Of a stretch of 64,000 nucleotides of DNA, positions 24,013-37,799 are shown one piece after another. The stretch spans positions 115,508,001-115,572,000 of the forward strand of contig NC_087437.1 of the NCBI RefSeq assembly GCF_036321535.1, written 5' to 3'. This DNA comes from Camelus dromedarius. Taxonomy: Eukaryota. The notes under the pieces are model-generated. The model made no database searches. It saw only the letters and a list, made by a program, of their open reading frames with translations, and was not told the origin of the DNA. Position 1 is the first letter of the stretch. Each line of letters starts with the position of its first letter. The translations under genes and the position numbers were made by a program.

Positions 24013-24999
24013 ACATAGTTCATCTTTCATTTTAGAGAAGGAAATGGATGCAAAGAAACTAAATGACCAACCAGTGCCTCAGAGTAATAAGCAGGTCTGC
24101 ACTGGCGCGTGTTTTCCTGACTCCTGGTTCTTTATTCTTTCTCCAGATGAGGGGACAGAGGACAGAGTACCAGCTGCATTTTTTATTTTCTAGAGAGATT
24201 GGTTATTTTCAGATATGTTGCTATTTATGTGTGAGCTCATTGGTAGTGAACGGTTGGCTCACCTAACTGTCCTTTTAGCCTCTTAGAAAAATAGATTGGT
24301 CAGATAAATATTTAGAGGTGGGAAGTTGAGGTTTTAAATAAGGTATAGTGTCAGCACTATAGGGTGGGTAGGGTGGTGTGTCTCCAGCATTAGGGTGGAT
24401 GCCAGGTAGGTGTTTACTTGGTATGATTAGAAGGAACAAAGGTAGGTCAGATTACTGCTTTCCTTTTTATCTGGTTTGCTTGAAATTCTCACTGTTGAAT
24501 TTACTCTTTTAGATTAAGGTAAGAGCTAGATACCCTAATTTAAAGTGGAAATATTCCTAGTGGAATATTCTTAACCTGTTATCAGATTAACACTTTATTT
24601 TTATCAGTTAGCTGGCTGTCATCTTAAAAACTGGAGATTAGCACCTGCCCTAGTGCTAGAGCTTTTTGGGAAGAGGAGGGAAGAGTAGGGCACATGTGCC
24701 TTTGCCCGAGGAGAATACAGGGCGTGTTTGAGAGGTATCTGCAGTCCTGGAGAGCTTCGTGGAGGCTTCTCTGTTTGCCAGAGATTGGGAGCCTTAGACC
24801 AGCACTTGCTGGCCGCCTGTCATTAAGAGAGTGTCAGTAATGGGACAGTGGATACTTTTGCAGAAGACTGGGCTTGGGTGAGAATGTAATTACTGGAGTA
24901 GGAGTATCCTTTTTTCCTTAGGGCTTCAGTATCTGCTTAGGGCTCCTGTATGAGTAGTATTGGAACATACCAAACGTGAAAGGTATTGTTTTGATCATT

Positions 25000-25780
25000 T
25001 AGGGAATTTTAGTTTTTAATGATCAACAAATAATATATACTCATGGTTTAAAAAAAAAAGATTGATCCAGCCCTATGGAATGGTGTCACCAACCGCCACC
25101 CCCCTCCTTGCTCCATGGGTAATAATAGCAGTTCAGTTTTTCCTATTAGAAATGTCTTGTGCATGTAAATGTACAGTTATATATAAAGTAAACATTTAAT
25201 ACATGTTACAAAACTGTATGTTTAGTGCAGTCCCAGTTTTTTAAAAAAATGTGACGTGTGTGTGTACTTACAAGCAAAAGCAAATGGGATCTTCCTAAGC
25301 AACACGAGTTTGCAACTTAAGCTTCTTGATTGGCCTTAGAAATATTCCCAGATCAGGTGATAGAGTTTCCCTGTTGTGTTCGATGGTTGCGCAGTATTCC
25401 ATGTTATGGATGCACCACAATTGAGAGTCTCCATTGAAGAGCACTTAATTTGTTTTCCTATTTTCGCTATTTTAAACAATGATGCAGTGTGCATCCTTGT
25501 ACATGTTACCCTTCTGTGAGCAGTAGCCAGAGGATGTATATTTATAAGGGGAATTGCTCGTTCACCAGGTAAATGCACAATTGAATACATATTGCCAAAT
25601 TATCTTCCAAAAAGTAGCACCAGTTTATACTTGATCAGGAGTATCTGAGAGTATATAGTTCACCAGATCTCACCAGTACGGGTGTTACCAAAGTTTTTAA
25701 AATCTTAATCAATTTATTGGTGAACAGAGAAGTCTAGTTTGAATTTGCATTTCTTTATGAGTTAATTTGATCATCGTAAG
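25000..25780 (-). mobile_element. Old L1 (L1ME-like) ORF2 end and 3'UTR
   Basis: cagtattccatgttatggatgcaccacaatt...ttttcgctattttaaacaatgatgcagtgtgcatccttgtacat...ttgccaaattatcttccaaaa; ORF remnant CTRMHTASLFKIAK. Confidence 0.7.
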
Positions 25781-28039
25781 TTGTACTGTAAGTCTTGTAC
25801 TTTAATAACAAAATATTCATTCTTTGCCTGATGTATAGTTAAGAATATTTTGTGATTTTCCTGTATTTATCTGTTGAATGAAGAACTGATGTTTTGATAA
25901 GTTGTAACTGCTTTGATAAATTGTAAAAGGGGATTCTTGTTCTTCTGCAACTGAGGAGACATCTGACTGTCTTCTGTATAAGAGATGTCAATTGTGGTGG
26001 TAGAAGCTTTGACTGCAAAAGTGAATAAGATTTGGTTACCCCTGCTGTTAGTGTTGAGATGTTGTGTGTATACAGGCAAAATGAGAACAGGTAAGACCAT
26101 GGCTGCTAACAACTAGAGGTATTGATGTACAGAGAACCAGAAGAACACACCGAGGTAAGACAGATCCAGGGATTTCAGCTTGTAGAGGAGGAGGGTCTTT
26201 ATCTTGTCTCGAAGAATGGATGGGCTTTTTACAGTAGAACCTGGAGAATTGACAGTTGGCTGGAGGAGGCCAGTGTGTGCCTGGAGTATGTGTGTGTGTG
26301 CGCTGTTGGGCAAGGGACAGGGAGAGTTGCAGTGAGAAATGAGAGTGATGGGTCTTAAATATTACAAGGAATGTGAATTTGGCGCAGTTGAAGGTTTTTC
26401 AGCAGGGCAAGGATGACAAGGCCATGCATTAGGGAGATGACACCCTAAGAAGGAGGGTTTGGAAGGCAGGCTTATTCTGGGTGTACAGGCACGGAGGAAT
26501 AAGAAGAAGTAAAAAGTAGAAGACAGAAGAGAGAGCCAAGTTTGAAACACCTTATTTTTAATTATTTTATTTTCAACAGAACAGAGTGAATGTTTCTGGA
26601 TTCAAATAGCAATGTGGCCCAGTTTTTGGAATTAGAAAGGAGAGAATTCAGCTTTGGTGGCAGTATAGAAGATGTGGGACCGGAATGGCTTAATGGGACA
26701 GTTGAGAATCTTTCCCATTCAGGGCCTGGAGGAACTGAAGAAAAGAAGGTAGAATTCTTATTGTCGTTCAAACCTTCCATTAGTGACAGGTAGAAATAAT
26801 TTTTAGTGCCATTAAAAATGAGCTGAAAAATGGGGCAATGGGAGAAGGCCACGTTAGAAGCCGTGATCCTGGAGAAGAAAAGGTTGTGTCACAGTTCACA
26901 GTTTGAAACATGTAGAGTAGCTAAATATGTGCGAGTTTAACGTATCTTAGTATTTTTAAGAAAAATACGATATTTATTCTGTTTATTTTCACGTGAATCC
27001 TTATTGGGACACCAGTCATCTGAAAAAGCATTTATTGTGTGAGCCGGGTAGAGCTATTTATCAAGTACCTACTAGTGCCAAACAAGGGCCTCCTCGTCCC
27101 AAGCTAGGGCCTGGGAATCAGTGCTGCTGCGAGGGCCAGGCCGTGGGTACCATCACAGAGCTTAGTTCTGGGGGGACCTTCACTAATCTCTAGAGCAGGT
27201 GTAAGGAGTCACTGCAGAGTGGACATACATTTTCATTAAAGGGAACACAGTCTATGAAATAGAATAATTTCTGATGTTGCATTTTGAAGGTCGAAATTTT
27301 TGTCTCCTTTTAGAGTCCCTTTGACAATTAATTTTAAGTTATTTGGCTATAAATAGGACTCCAGTCCTTAAGATAAATAATGTCTGCTGAAAAATTTGTT
27401 CTGATTTGATTTCCTCTTGAAAAAGAACAACTGTCATCACAGTGGTGTTTTTGACTTTATCTTCACATCAAACATGTTTATTTTTGAGATGTATTACTTC
27501 TGTGGTATAAAAGATTGTTTCATACAAGTTTTCTAAAGCAGCAATGGTGAGAAAATTATTAGGATCTCAGCGTATTTTACAATCTAATTTCACTTTTTGA
27601 ATTTCCCTTTAGTGGTTTCTGTGGTACAGTGTGGAATGTCAGTAATGCTAGGTAAGTTTACCTAAGAATTGGCCTGAAGGCCCACAATTACTCAGCAGTA
27701 TTGGAGTCAACTATGCAAAGGGAAGAAATTGAAGGTAGAAGTTTTAGAATTCATGGGGACATTTGGAGGCAGGCTATATGCTGAGTAAGATAAAGATACA
27801 GACGTCTGAAGTAAAGGATGTGGGCATACAGGGATGTTCAAGGAATAAAATTCAATAGAGCGGGTAGAAATGGAAGACGGATTTGAGCAAATGGATGAAC
27901 AAGAATGCTCAGTCTTTAAGAAAAAAAAAAAAGACCTCTTTAATGATTTATTGTGACTTCTAGGGTAAAGACCAGACTAGTCACAGGACCCCCTTCCGGG
28001 ATGATGTGCACAGCTGATGTAAGCTGTCTTCTCCATCAG

Positions 28040-28375
28040 GTCTCTGCATCCCTGTCTTTGCCTGCGTGTCTGTTTCCTGGGTCAGCCGTCATCCCCTCTT
28101 TCTTTTAGTTAACTTTTCCTCCTTCATTTTCAGTTCAGATATCACTTTGTCAGGGAAAGCAGACCTCCACCCCAGTCACTTCTTTTTTAATATTTCATGT
28201 CTCCTGGTACTTTTCTTTCACAATGCTTATTATCACAGTTGGTAATTTTTTTTAGTGCTTATTTGATTAATACCCTCCTGAGAGCAGGGGCAGTGGTGTT
28301 TTACTCCTCCTTGCAATCTCAGGGATTGCTGAGTGGCACATGGTGAGTACTAAACACTTGTTGAATGAATCAGTG
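28040..28375 (+). mobile_element. L2 3' end
   Basis: ctcctgagagcagggg...gagtggcacatggtgagtactaaacacttgttgaatgaat. Confidence 0.65.
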
Positions 28376-29929
28376 AACTACATTTTGATCTCTACTCATT
28401 GGTCTTGAGGACCAAATGACTACATCAGGGAGTAAAAGTTGGGTGGGAAATATGGGAATAAAAATGAATAAAAAGAAAAAGTAAATCCTGTCTTTTAAAA
28501 GATAGGATTGGAAAACTATGTAGCCAGGAAAACAACAAAGTTATATACTCATGGATTAACTTAACAAGTGTATATGAAATGCCTAGTAAGTGTTAGAAGC
28601 TAGATGTTGGTATTACGGAGTGGAAAGACTGTGCTTTCTTTATTAAAGGAGTATATAATTTTATTAGTTTATTGAAATAGATACAGTCCTTGGTGGTCAT
28701 GTGGAACGTTTTTAATTTGTGGAAGGAATCTGCCTGAATATTCCTTCTGATCTTAGCCAAAAGGTAAGGTTCATGCCACAATTATATCTGGAATGTCAGT
28801 CTAGCATTTGCAGTAGCTGTCAGGTTCACATTTAAAATAAGCTCTAGCTTTGACTTCATTTAAGAAGTGACAAAGTGAAGAAAGTGGTTTGTTTGGATGC
28901 TTTTTGGCTTTTGCTTCAGACTTGGGTGACAGAAAAAGAGAATGATTGAGAGAAAGTTCATTGTATGGATGGATTTTCAACAGAATGAGTCTGGTAGTTA
29001 GAAGGTTATTGAAGCTGTTGATCTTGTCAGGTGCATGAGCTTTATAAACGTTTTAGAGGGATTTGTTTTAAAATAGTTCTGAAACCTTTTTCAGTGACTA
29101 GTTTCTGCAGTAAATATTTAGAAAAGCAAGTATTCAGATTTTATTTTTTGACTCTTTGCTGGCCCCATGCTAGGCCCTTGGACATAGTTCTGAGTCACAT
29201 GGACATACATGGCCCTGACCTCATGAAGCTCTTCAGTGTAGTCGGAGCTCACTGTAGGGAAATGTGAAGGACTCATGGCTTGCAGTCAGGGTGAGCAGAA
29301 CTTGCTTCATCCGACTATCCATTTATCTATCTCTTTATGTATTCCTTGAACTTGGTTTTGGTGGCAACATGTTAGAATACGTTAAGCTACTTGTTGCTTT
29401 ATCTCTGGTAACATAGGGGCTGGGGGGATACCATTTATAATACCAATGTAAAATGGAAACTTGGAGCTTCAACTTGTTGGCAGATTTTTAAGAAAAGAGA
29501 TGTTCATGTAAACCAATGAGTTTCTCCTCTTAAAATATGAGATATTATTTAATAATAGTAACAGTAGCCACCTTTATTAATTGATTGCCTGCTATGTATG
29601 GGGCAGACAATGAACATATACGTTAATAGTTAACATTATCAGTAGCCCTAGAAAGGGGTTGGTAGTATCTGTTTGTAAGTTAAAAACTGAGATGCAGGGA
29701 CCTCAGTTTGCTTAAGGTTAATCATAAGAGATTGCTTATGTGGCTTCCAGATAATAAAAAACCCAGTGAACAGTTCAGGGCTCTAAAGTTAAACATTTAG
29801 AGAGAAAAAGAAACAGAAAGCTTCTATAACCCATTAATTGAAGAAATAGATGAAAGTTCTGGTGTACTGGGATTGATGCCTTGTGCTACTGGTTCATTAG
29901 TCTTATGAATAGTAAACCAGAACATCTAA

Positions 29930-30420
29930 TAGCTTTCTGTGTTTGGGGAATTCTTGACCTTAAGAATCTTGGTGGGAGGTAGAACTCTTCTTCCATTATG
30001 GAAGCCAGTTACTCACTTTCTCTACCTCTTTTGGTGTTAGGATACAATCATGTGACCTGGGGCCTCTACTACACTGGAAGCCTGTGATTTGTAGAAGCAG
30101 GCACTTTGTAGAGTCTGTTCTGCAGTGCAAGGGGGATGGCAGCTGTGTCTGTTTTTTAGAGGCGGTTAGTGATAGATCCAGTTGTAGAGTTAAGTTCCTG
30201 GCTCATTGGTATCTGTACAAGTCACAGGGACCTTATCTTGTGTTGTCTCCACTGGACCAGATCTGTGGTTTGAATTTTGGGTGTTCTTGATTAGTTAGTC
30301 TTCCAGCCTGGCCCTCCTGGGGTTTTCTGTGAGTTGCCTAATATGCTTTAATAACTTCCTTTTCAGTTTCAACAAAACCAGAGTTTCTTTTGTTTGTAAC
30401 TAAGAACCTTGGATGATGCT
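29930..30420 (+). mobile_element. Old ERVL-class LTR (LTR33/LTR16-like)
   Basis: catgtgacctgggg; 3' end aatatgctttaataacttccttttc...ccagagtttcttttgtttgtaactaagaacc. Confidence 0.55.
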
Positions 30421-30459
30421 AATTAAGATAATAGACACTTCCAAGGAACTTTCTAGGGT

Positions 30460-30775
30460 CAGGGTTAGGCAGAGATGTGAAAGGTATTAGAAGAACCAAA
30501 TAAAACTTTTACAGGTGAAAACTAATGTGTGGGATGAAAAATATACTAGATGGCATTAATTCAGATGGGACAATACAGAAGAAAAGGTTAGTGAGCTTGA
30601 AGATATAGAAGAGAAAACTCAGTCAGTAGAAACAGACAGAAGTGATAAAGATAATGGAATTAACAAGGTTGTTAAAATGGCTACTGTAAAATGAAATGTC
30701 AGATGTCAAATCACTATGTTGTACACCAGAAACTAGAATATTATTTTATGTCAGATATACCTTAATAAAAATACA
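30460..30775 (+). mobile_element. Short sense L1 fragments (ORF1 coiled-coil remnant; separate L1 3' terminus at ~30705-30775)
   Basis: gaaaaatatactagatggcattaa...cagaagaaaaggttagtgagcttgaagata; gtcaaatcactatgttgtacacc...ataccttaataaaaa. Confidence 0.6.
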
Positions 30776-30947
30776 AGTGAAATTCAGGGTCATATTGTGG
30801 TTGACATTGCTAACTTGGTACATGAGTTTTGCTTAAAAAGCAATTGTGACTGCTACCTGAAGTTGGCTTGATTTGTAGTTAATTGTAGTTGAAGAATCAT
30901 TTCAGTGAAGCACCAGGATATGGTGGAAAAACTTTATTGTGCAACAG

Positions 30948-31488
30948 TGTGTTAGTTACTTCTTGATATGTAACAATATTACTTTAAACTTAGAAGCTTA
31001 AGACACATTTATTGTCTCGGTCTCTGTAGGTCAGATGTCTTGGCACAACTTGGTTGAATTCTCTGCTTTAGTGTCTCAGAGGGTTTGTCAAGTTGTTGAC
31101 TGGGGCTGTGGTCTCATCTGAGGATTGACTGGGGAAAGATATCCTCTAAAGTCATATGATTATTGGTAGATTTCAGTTCCCTGTACAGTATTGGATTGAG
31201 GGCCTCCGATTCTTGCTACTTATTGGCAGGCACCTGCCCTCAGTTTCTTGCTGTGTGGTTCTTTCCAGCGTGGCTGCTTACTTTCTTTAAGACAGTGAAG
31301 GAGTCAGTACACTTGACAGATGTACAGTCTTATGTATCATAACCGCCGAAGTGACATCCCTTCACTTTTCCTGTATTCTCTTGGTTAAAAGCAAGTCACA
31401 GGTCTTGGATCAAGGGGAAGGGTCTGTGGAAGGACATGGACAGCAGGAGGCAGTGTTACGGGAGCCGCCTTAGAGTCTGTCCATTACA
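30948..31488 (-). mobile_element. Full-length MaLR solo LTR (MLT1F-like) with intact 5-bp TSD
   Basis: TG...CA ends, 541 bp, flanked by AACAG at 30943-30947 and 31489-31493; motif ttggttaaaagcaagtcacagg. Confidence 0.85.
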
Positions 31489-31493
31489 AACAG

Positions 31494-32000
31494 AGTGTAG
31501 TGGTAAAGAGTGCATTCTCTGGAGTCTGACCTAGATATCTGGCCTTGAATCCTAGCCTTGCCTTTTCCCAGCCATGAAAACTTCTCTGAGCCTCAGTTTC
31601 CTTGTGGGGATAATATATGCCTAGTCTTTGTAGTGCTGTGAAGAGTAATAGAATGCTTATGAAGTGCTCAGGACTCCGTCCTGCTGACTCCTACTCATTC
31701 TTTCTGTCTCAGTTTAGGTGTCATATATTCAGGGAAGCCTTCTTTGACTCCCTCCTCCCTCTAGTCTAGGTTAGGTTTCAAAACACCTTGAACTTTTCCT
31801 TCTTGTTACTTCACACTTGTTCCACCTTAAGTTTATAGCTATTAGTTATAGTTTATTTATTTTTGTATCTGCTTTCTTTAGACTAAGCTACTTAAAGAGC
31901 AGGTGTTGCATCTGCTTTGTTCACTGCTGTATCTGTCTTCAGGGCCTAGCGTAGAGGGGCCTGGCACATAGAGACTCCATAAATATTTGCTGAATAACTG
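31494..32000 (+). mobile_element. MIR (~31494-31672) followed by L2 3' end (~31680-32000)
   Basis: aacttctctgagcctcagtttcctt; tttgttcactgctgtatc...cctggcacatagagactccataaatatttgctgaat. Confidence 0.75.
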
Positions 32001-33424
32001 TAAGAATGAAGTTAAAGCACACGCTTTGTGTTTTTGAAATGGCATTTTCAATGTTACCATACTATGTTTTTCCAGCTGCTGGAGCAGTCAGTCTAAAAGA
32101 TGTTCCCTCTCTTTCTAGGATGGTCAGGATCTAGCATGAGAGACTGAGGCATAATAGTCTTATAACTGATTACAGAGGTTTGCAGAATGGATAGTAAAAG
32201 TGGTTGAAAAAAATTAAGAGGCTGTCAGGATGAGAATACAGTAGTAAAAATCAGTCCTAGTGGATCAGGAGCAGGGTACACAGTAGGGAGCTTCTCTTGC
32301 CATAAGTGTACTCTGCAGACTACTCCTTGAGATGGAGGAAGAAATAAGCTGGGAGAAAATTACCTTCTTTGGATATTCACAATGCACATTAGCATGTTAT
32401 AGGAAACCTGTTAACATAGTAAAGACAATCTTTATTAAGCTTGCTCTGAACACTTTATAAACACATGCATACCACAGCCTAGTAAGGTATTATTTTTAAG
32501 TAACTGATGATGAAAATTAGGCTTAGAGATGAAGTAATTGTCCCCAGTGGTTGGTGAGATAGGATTCAAACCACGCTCAGCCCTCACTCTTAGTTATTAT
32601 TTGTGCTGCTTCTGTGGAATATATTTTACCAGATACTAGATTAATTTCGTGAGAGCAGGAACCATGTACATTTTCTATGTTGTGTGTCTAGGACTAGAAT
32701 CTTGCTTAAGCCTTCATACATGGCTGAATGAAGAGTTTGTGCTATTATTTTATACTGTGTCTCAGCTTCCCAAGTTCAATTACTTGTAAAACTTGAGGAG
32801 AGTTTGGTATAATCCAACCAGTGTAATGTACAACAAAGTACTTTTGTTTTCACTTTGTGTGATCGAGTAGAGTTACGTCGCCAAAGAAGAAACATCGATA
32901 TGGTCTGACTCCTTGTAATTGTTCCCCTCAGTCACTTTCAAATTTACTCTGTTACCCAGTCTTCTTGAGTTTTGTTTCTGAGATAGTCTTCCATTAAGTT
33001 CTTTCTTTATATTATTGTTAATGACCCCTCTGCAGATCACCTCTTTAGTCTGTTTTTTTGCTTACTGCAATTTTTTAAGAATTAATTTTTAGTTTTAATA
33101 TGCGTATAATGAAAATTGAGTAGTGCTGAAAGGCTTATGATGAAAAAAAGCTGTCCCCGGCTACACCCCTCATTACTTCTACCCCTGCTCCCTGGAGCTG
33201 TGCTTCCCAGGCTTTTCCACCCCAGGGTCTACATGGACAAAATAGAAGAGGCTGTTTGGCTGTCTTGACATCTTTAGGGGATCTTGGCGCTTCTGGAACA
33301 TTGGTGACACTGTGTGCCATGTACACTAGTTGGCAAGCTCTGCCTGATATGAATCAATATGAATCACCTCAACTCTTAGCTGCCGCTTCTGCTACTTTCC
33401 TGTCTGTATCTAAATAATTTGCTT

Positions 33425-33950
33425 GTCAGTTAGGATGCTTTAGGATGCAAGTACTGAGACCATGGTCCAAACTGGCTTCAAATAAGAATTGAACTTATAG
33501 TTGAAATTCCAAAGGTCGGATGGGGTTTAGGGCTAATTGATTTTGTGGCACAGTAATGTCTTCAGGGCCCCAGTTTTGCCATCTCCACCTTTAGTCAGTG
33601 GCTGGTTATATCCTCAAATTAATAAGACTGTTGCAGCAGTTTCAGGAGTTGTATCCAGAAACAACAATGTCCAGAGAAAGAAAATTGTTTTTCATATAGC
33701 TATATAAGAATGTGGAAGCTTTGCCTAGAAACTGCAGCAAACTTATCTCCTGGGTTAAATGCCTGTTTCTGAAAGGCTCCCTAGAAAGGGAAATGGGATC
33801 ACATTCAGACCAATTAGGCACATGCCTAGAATTGAGCGTCCTCCTCGAGCACATGCCTCAGTGGGTGGGTGTGCAAATGGGTTCTGGACAGAATTAGCTT
33901 CCGTTACAAAAGAAGAAGGGGGAGATTGGTGGCTGGGTAGGTAACTGACC
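33425..33950 (-). mobile_element. Old MaLR LTR (MLT1J/K-like)
   Basis: tgtcagttaggatgctttaggatgcaagta...caaactggcttcaaataag. Confidence 0.55.
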
Positions 33951-33999
33951 CTGTTTTGATATTTGACTTAAAATTTAAGACATCATTGACTTTCTATTA

Positions 34000-36350
34000 A
34001 GGCAGATGAATATTTAACTCTAAACCACCTGCCTTACACTTTTCTTCTTCCAGCTATCCATTGTAATTAAGATATTTTTTTCCATTAAATGGATTCAGTG
34101 TTTAATAAAGACTGTGTTAAGTCTTGTTCACCATGGAGCCAAATTGTATGCTATGATTACATTTTCCTCCTTGCATAATTTTGTTTTTCTTGAAATTAAT
34201 AATTGTACTTCTGTTTGCTTTGTTTTCTAGGTGCTAGTGACTCAGTTTTCTCATACCTACCAGTAACTTCTCAGTAGAGTCTTGCTTGAGCATCAGATAA
34301 TTCATTGTCCCATCCTTCGTTCTCACCCACCCCACCCTTCCCTTAAGAAGGTTCTTAGGGGCCCTCCATGAAACCACTTCTGTGTGGAATACTTGCTTTC
34401 TAGGCCTATAAAATTCCTTTTGTATGTCTCCAACAGGTTCGAATCTCCTGGTTCCTAGTCTCTGACCTTTATCTTTCCTACTTTTATCTTTCATTTTGCC
34501 TGAGCACAACTTTCAGTGCTTCCTGAGAAAGGGTACGTGAGAGGTTAAGTTTTTGAGACTTTGCCTGAAAATATCTTTAATCTGCTTTCCCTCATGTGTA
34601 AAAGTTTTGACTGGGTACAGAATTGCAGTTGGAATATAATTTTTACTGAGAACCCTGAATGTATTGCTTCGTGGTCTTCCAGCTTTGTAGAGCAGATGTA
34701 ATTTTATTCTGGGTTCCATAAAAAAAAGGATGAAAAAGTTAGAGAACATAATGCACTCCCTTGTACCCAACACCCGACTTCAACATTGATCAACTTGTGG
34801 CCACTTTTAAAAAATTTATAATCCTGTCTACCCCTCTTCCCTTTGATTTTATATAAGCAAACGCAGGTAGATAATTTCACTTGTGACTATTTCTGTATGT
34901 ATCTCTAAAAGATAAGGTCTAGTTTCTAAACTATAACCCCAGTAGCATTATCATATCTTTAAAAGATTAACAATAATTCTTTAAATATCTAGTTATAATT
35001 TAAATTACTTTGATTGCTTCATAATTACATTTTTAACCAGTGTATTCAAATCAGGATCTAAGTAAGGTCCATAAATTGCCATTGACTGATGAATTTCTTA
35101 AGTCTTTTAAATTCGTTGGTTTTTTTTCCCCTTGAGTTTTATTTGTTGAGGAAACTGTACTATCTGTCTTGTAGTTTCCTACAGCCTGGATGTTGTTGAA
35201 TGAAACCCTGTGGTGTCATTGACTTGTTTCCAGTCACTCGTAATATGTTTACTTTTACTTAGTGGTAAGATCTACAGGCTTGATAAAATTCTGTTTTTCT
35301 TCTCTCTTTCTCTTTTTGGAGGGGTGGTGAGTGGGGAGAATTGTACATGAGTGATACATTACCATCAGCAGGCACAAAATATCTGACTGTGATGTTAGTG
35401 GCCACCAAATATTGCATGGATACATTAATTTATTAGAGATTCTGGTCCTTTTTATGTGATCCCCCCTCCCCCCCAAGTTTTAAGAATCTTTTCTTTATCT
35501 CTGGTGTTCTGAAGTTTCGTAGTGATGTGCTCTAGCGTGAGTGTTTTTATTGTGTTGGGCCCATCCTTTTACTTTGGAGATGCGTCCTGTAGATCTGGGA
35601 AATTTTATTGTGTAATTTCCTTGATGATTTTTTTTCTCTTTGTGGTTTTCTCAAGTGACATACAGTTTTGTTACCTTGTCTGTTTTCTACTTGTTACTTT
35701 TTTTACCCTTCTTCGGAGGTATTTTTCAACTTTTATTTTTCATCCGGGTATTTTTTTGATTCTCTACTCCTTTTTTTTCCCCACTAGCATTTTGTTTTTA
35801 CTTCATGAATGCACATATTCTTTTACCTCTTCAAGCACATTTGTATTATGGTTAAATTGCCCTTTTTCTCTTCATGGCCTCGTCTTAGTTTCCTCTGGAT
35901 TCCTGTTTTTCTATTTGTTTTGATTTCTGTCTTTGATTTTCTGCAGCTTCCCTCAAATATCTGGCCATTACCGGGCTGGTGGCTTGTATTTATGGGTAAG
36001 TTGCGATAAAGCTGGTGGGAGCTCCTTGTGTGGGTGAGGCGAACCCGTGAGTGTGAGTATCCCCAGGGCTTTTACTCCAGGGCTCTTGGTGTCTCCTGAC
36101 TGAAACTGTAAGTCCCATGCTGGGGGAGAGGGAGTGCCTGTTCCTGTTGCTGGTGTTCTACAGGCAGAACTGGGGACGGGGGCTCCTGTACACACTTGAA
36201 CTCAGTTCTTCTGTTTTTAGTCTTGTTCCTCAACCCGTCCTCTGTTGTGCTTAGTATCTCCAAGTGTATAACCTCTTCTCATTTTCCCAAAGAGAGCCTG
36301 CCTCTGGTCTTTTTAAGGGCATGATAGTTGTTAGTCTGGTTAGGGTTTGG
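34000..36350 (-). mobile_element. HAL1/old L1 ORF1-like element interrupted by an L1MC-like 3' fragment (~34720-35440)
   Basis: ttcctgagaaagggtacgtgagaggttaagtttttgagac...gactgggtacagaatt; resumes ~35440 with tctttatctctggtgttctgaagtttcgtagtgatgtgc. Confidence 0.55.
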
Positions 36351-36872
36351 GCTGCAATTTGGAATTTTACTACATTTCTTTTATTTACTTCTTTGTTGAA
36401 ATGAACTCATAAGTTGCCGGTAAAGTACAAATAACTTTAATTTCCTGAATCTTTGATGTCTCTTCTTTGTCGAACATTGTAGTGCATATTTCCCACAAAC
36501 AGAGACATTCTCTTGCCTAACAACAATACAACCATCAAAGGCAGGAATTTAACACTGATACATTACAGTTGTCTGATCCTTAAGCCTCCTTTCAGGTTTG
36601 AGCAGTTTCCCCCATGATGTTCCTTACAGGAAAATGATATAATATTGGATCACCTGTTGTCCTGTCTTTTCAACTCTTGATCTAGAATAGTTACTCAACT
36701 GTTCTTTTTTATGATACTGATAGTTTTGAAGAATACAGGCTAGTTATTTTATAGAGTCACCCTCAGTGCAAGTTTGTCTGATATTTCTTCATATTAGATG
36801 TTGGTTAGGTATTTTTACCAGCAGTATCGTAGAAATGATGCTGTATTAATTTCACTGCATTTTGTTAGATGA

Positions 36873-37387
36873 TGTGTTCCTGGTTTTCTGTTTTGGCTCT
36901 AAAAATCGCCACAAATTTAGTGACAAAAAACACAAGTTTATTATATTACAATTCTAGAGCTCAGAAGTCCACAGTGCATCTCTGCTGGGCTCAAATCAAG
37001 GTGTCATCAGGGCTGCATTCCTTTTGGAGGCTGTCTGAGAGAATGCTTTTTCTTGCCTTTTCCAGCTTCTAGAGGCTGCCTGCTTTTCTAGGCTTATGGC
37101 TGGCTTCCTGTCTTTTCAGCCAGCAGCTTTGGGCCTCGTCCATCTCCTGCTGCTCTTTCTCTCCCCCTCTACACTTTCTTTCACTTTTAAGGATCTTTGT
37201 GATGACATTCGGCCCACCGGGATAATCGAGGATAATCTCAGTTTTAAAGTTGTCTGATTGGCAATTTCTTCTGCAACTATAATTCCCCTTTGCCATATAA
37301 AGTAACATGTTCATAGGTTCTAAGGATTAGGATCCTGGATTAGGATCCAGGCCTTGCGGGGGCGGGGGCGTTATTGTGCCTACTCTA
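36873..37387 (-). mobile_element. MaLR LTR (MLT1D-like), nested in L1
   Basis: ccacaaatttagtg...aatcaaggtgtcatcagggctgcattccttttggaggct...ttgccttttccagcttctagaggctgcc...aattcccctttgccatataa. Confidence 0.8.
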
Positions 37388-37799
37388 GGTGGCATGATTT
37401 CAGTTTGTCCTGTTATTGATAATGCTCACTTTGATCACATTATGGAGGTGCCTTCAAGGCTTCTCCATATTTAAAAATTACTTTTCCTGCCTCTTTAATA
37501 AATATTTTGTATAGAGGTATTTTGAGACTATGTCAGTAGTCCATCAGTAATCACATTTTTAATTTATTCATTTGTTTTATATCACTGTGGATACCTGATT
37601 TTCAGTTATATGCAGTGGGTTGTAATCCATTACTGTAATTATTTATTTTGATGCTTCAGTTGTCCCAGATTTTGGCCTTCAAGTTAACATCTGTGTCCTT
37701 TTAGCATGTCTCCATTTTTTTTGAGCACTTTCCAGGCTTATCTTGAACTTCTGTCTTAGTCTTGGAATTGGAATTGGCCATTTTTCCAAGGAGTCCTTT

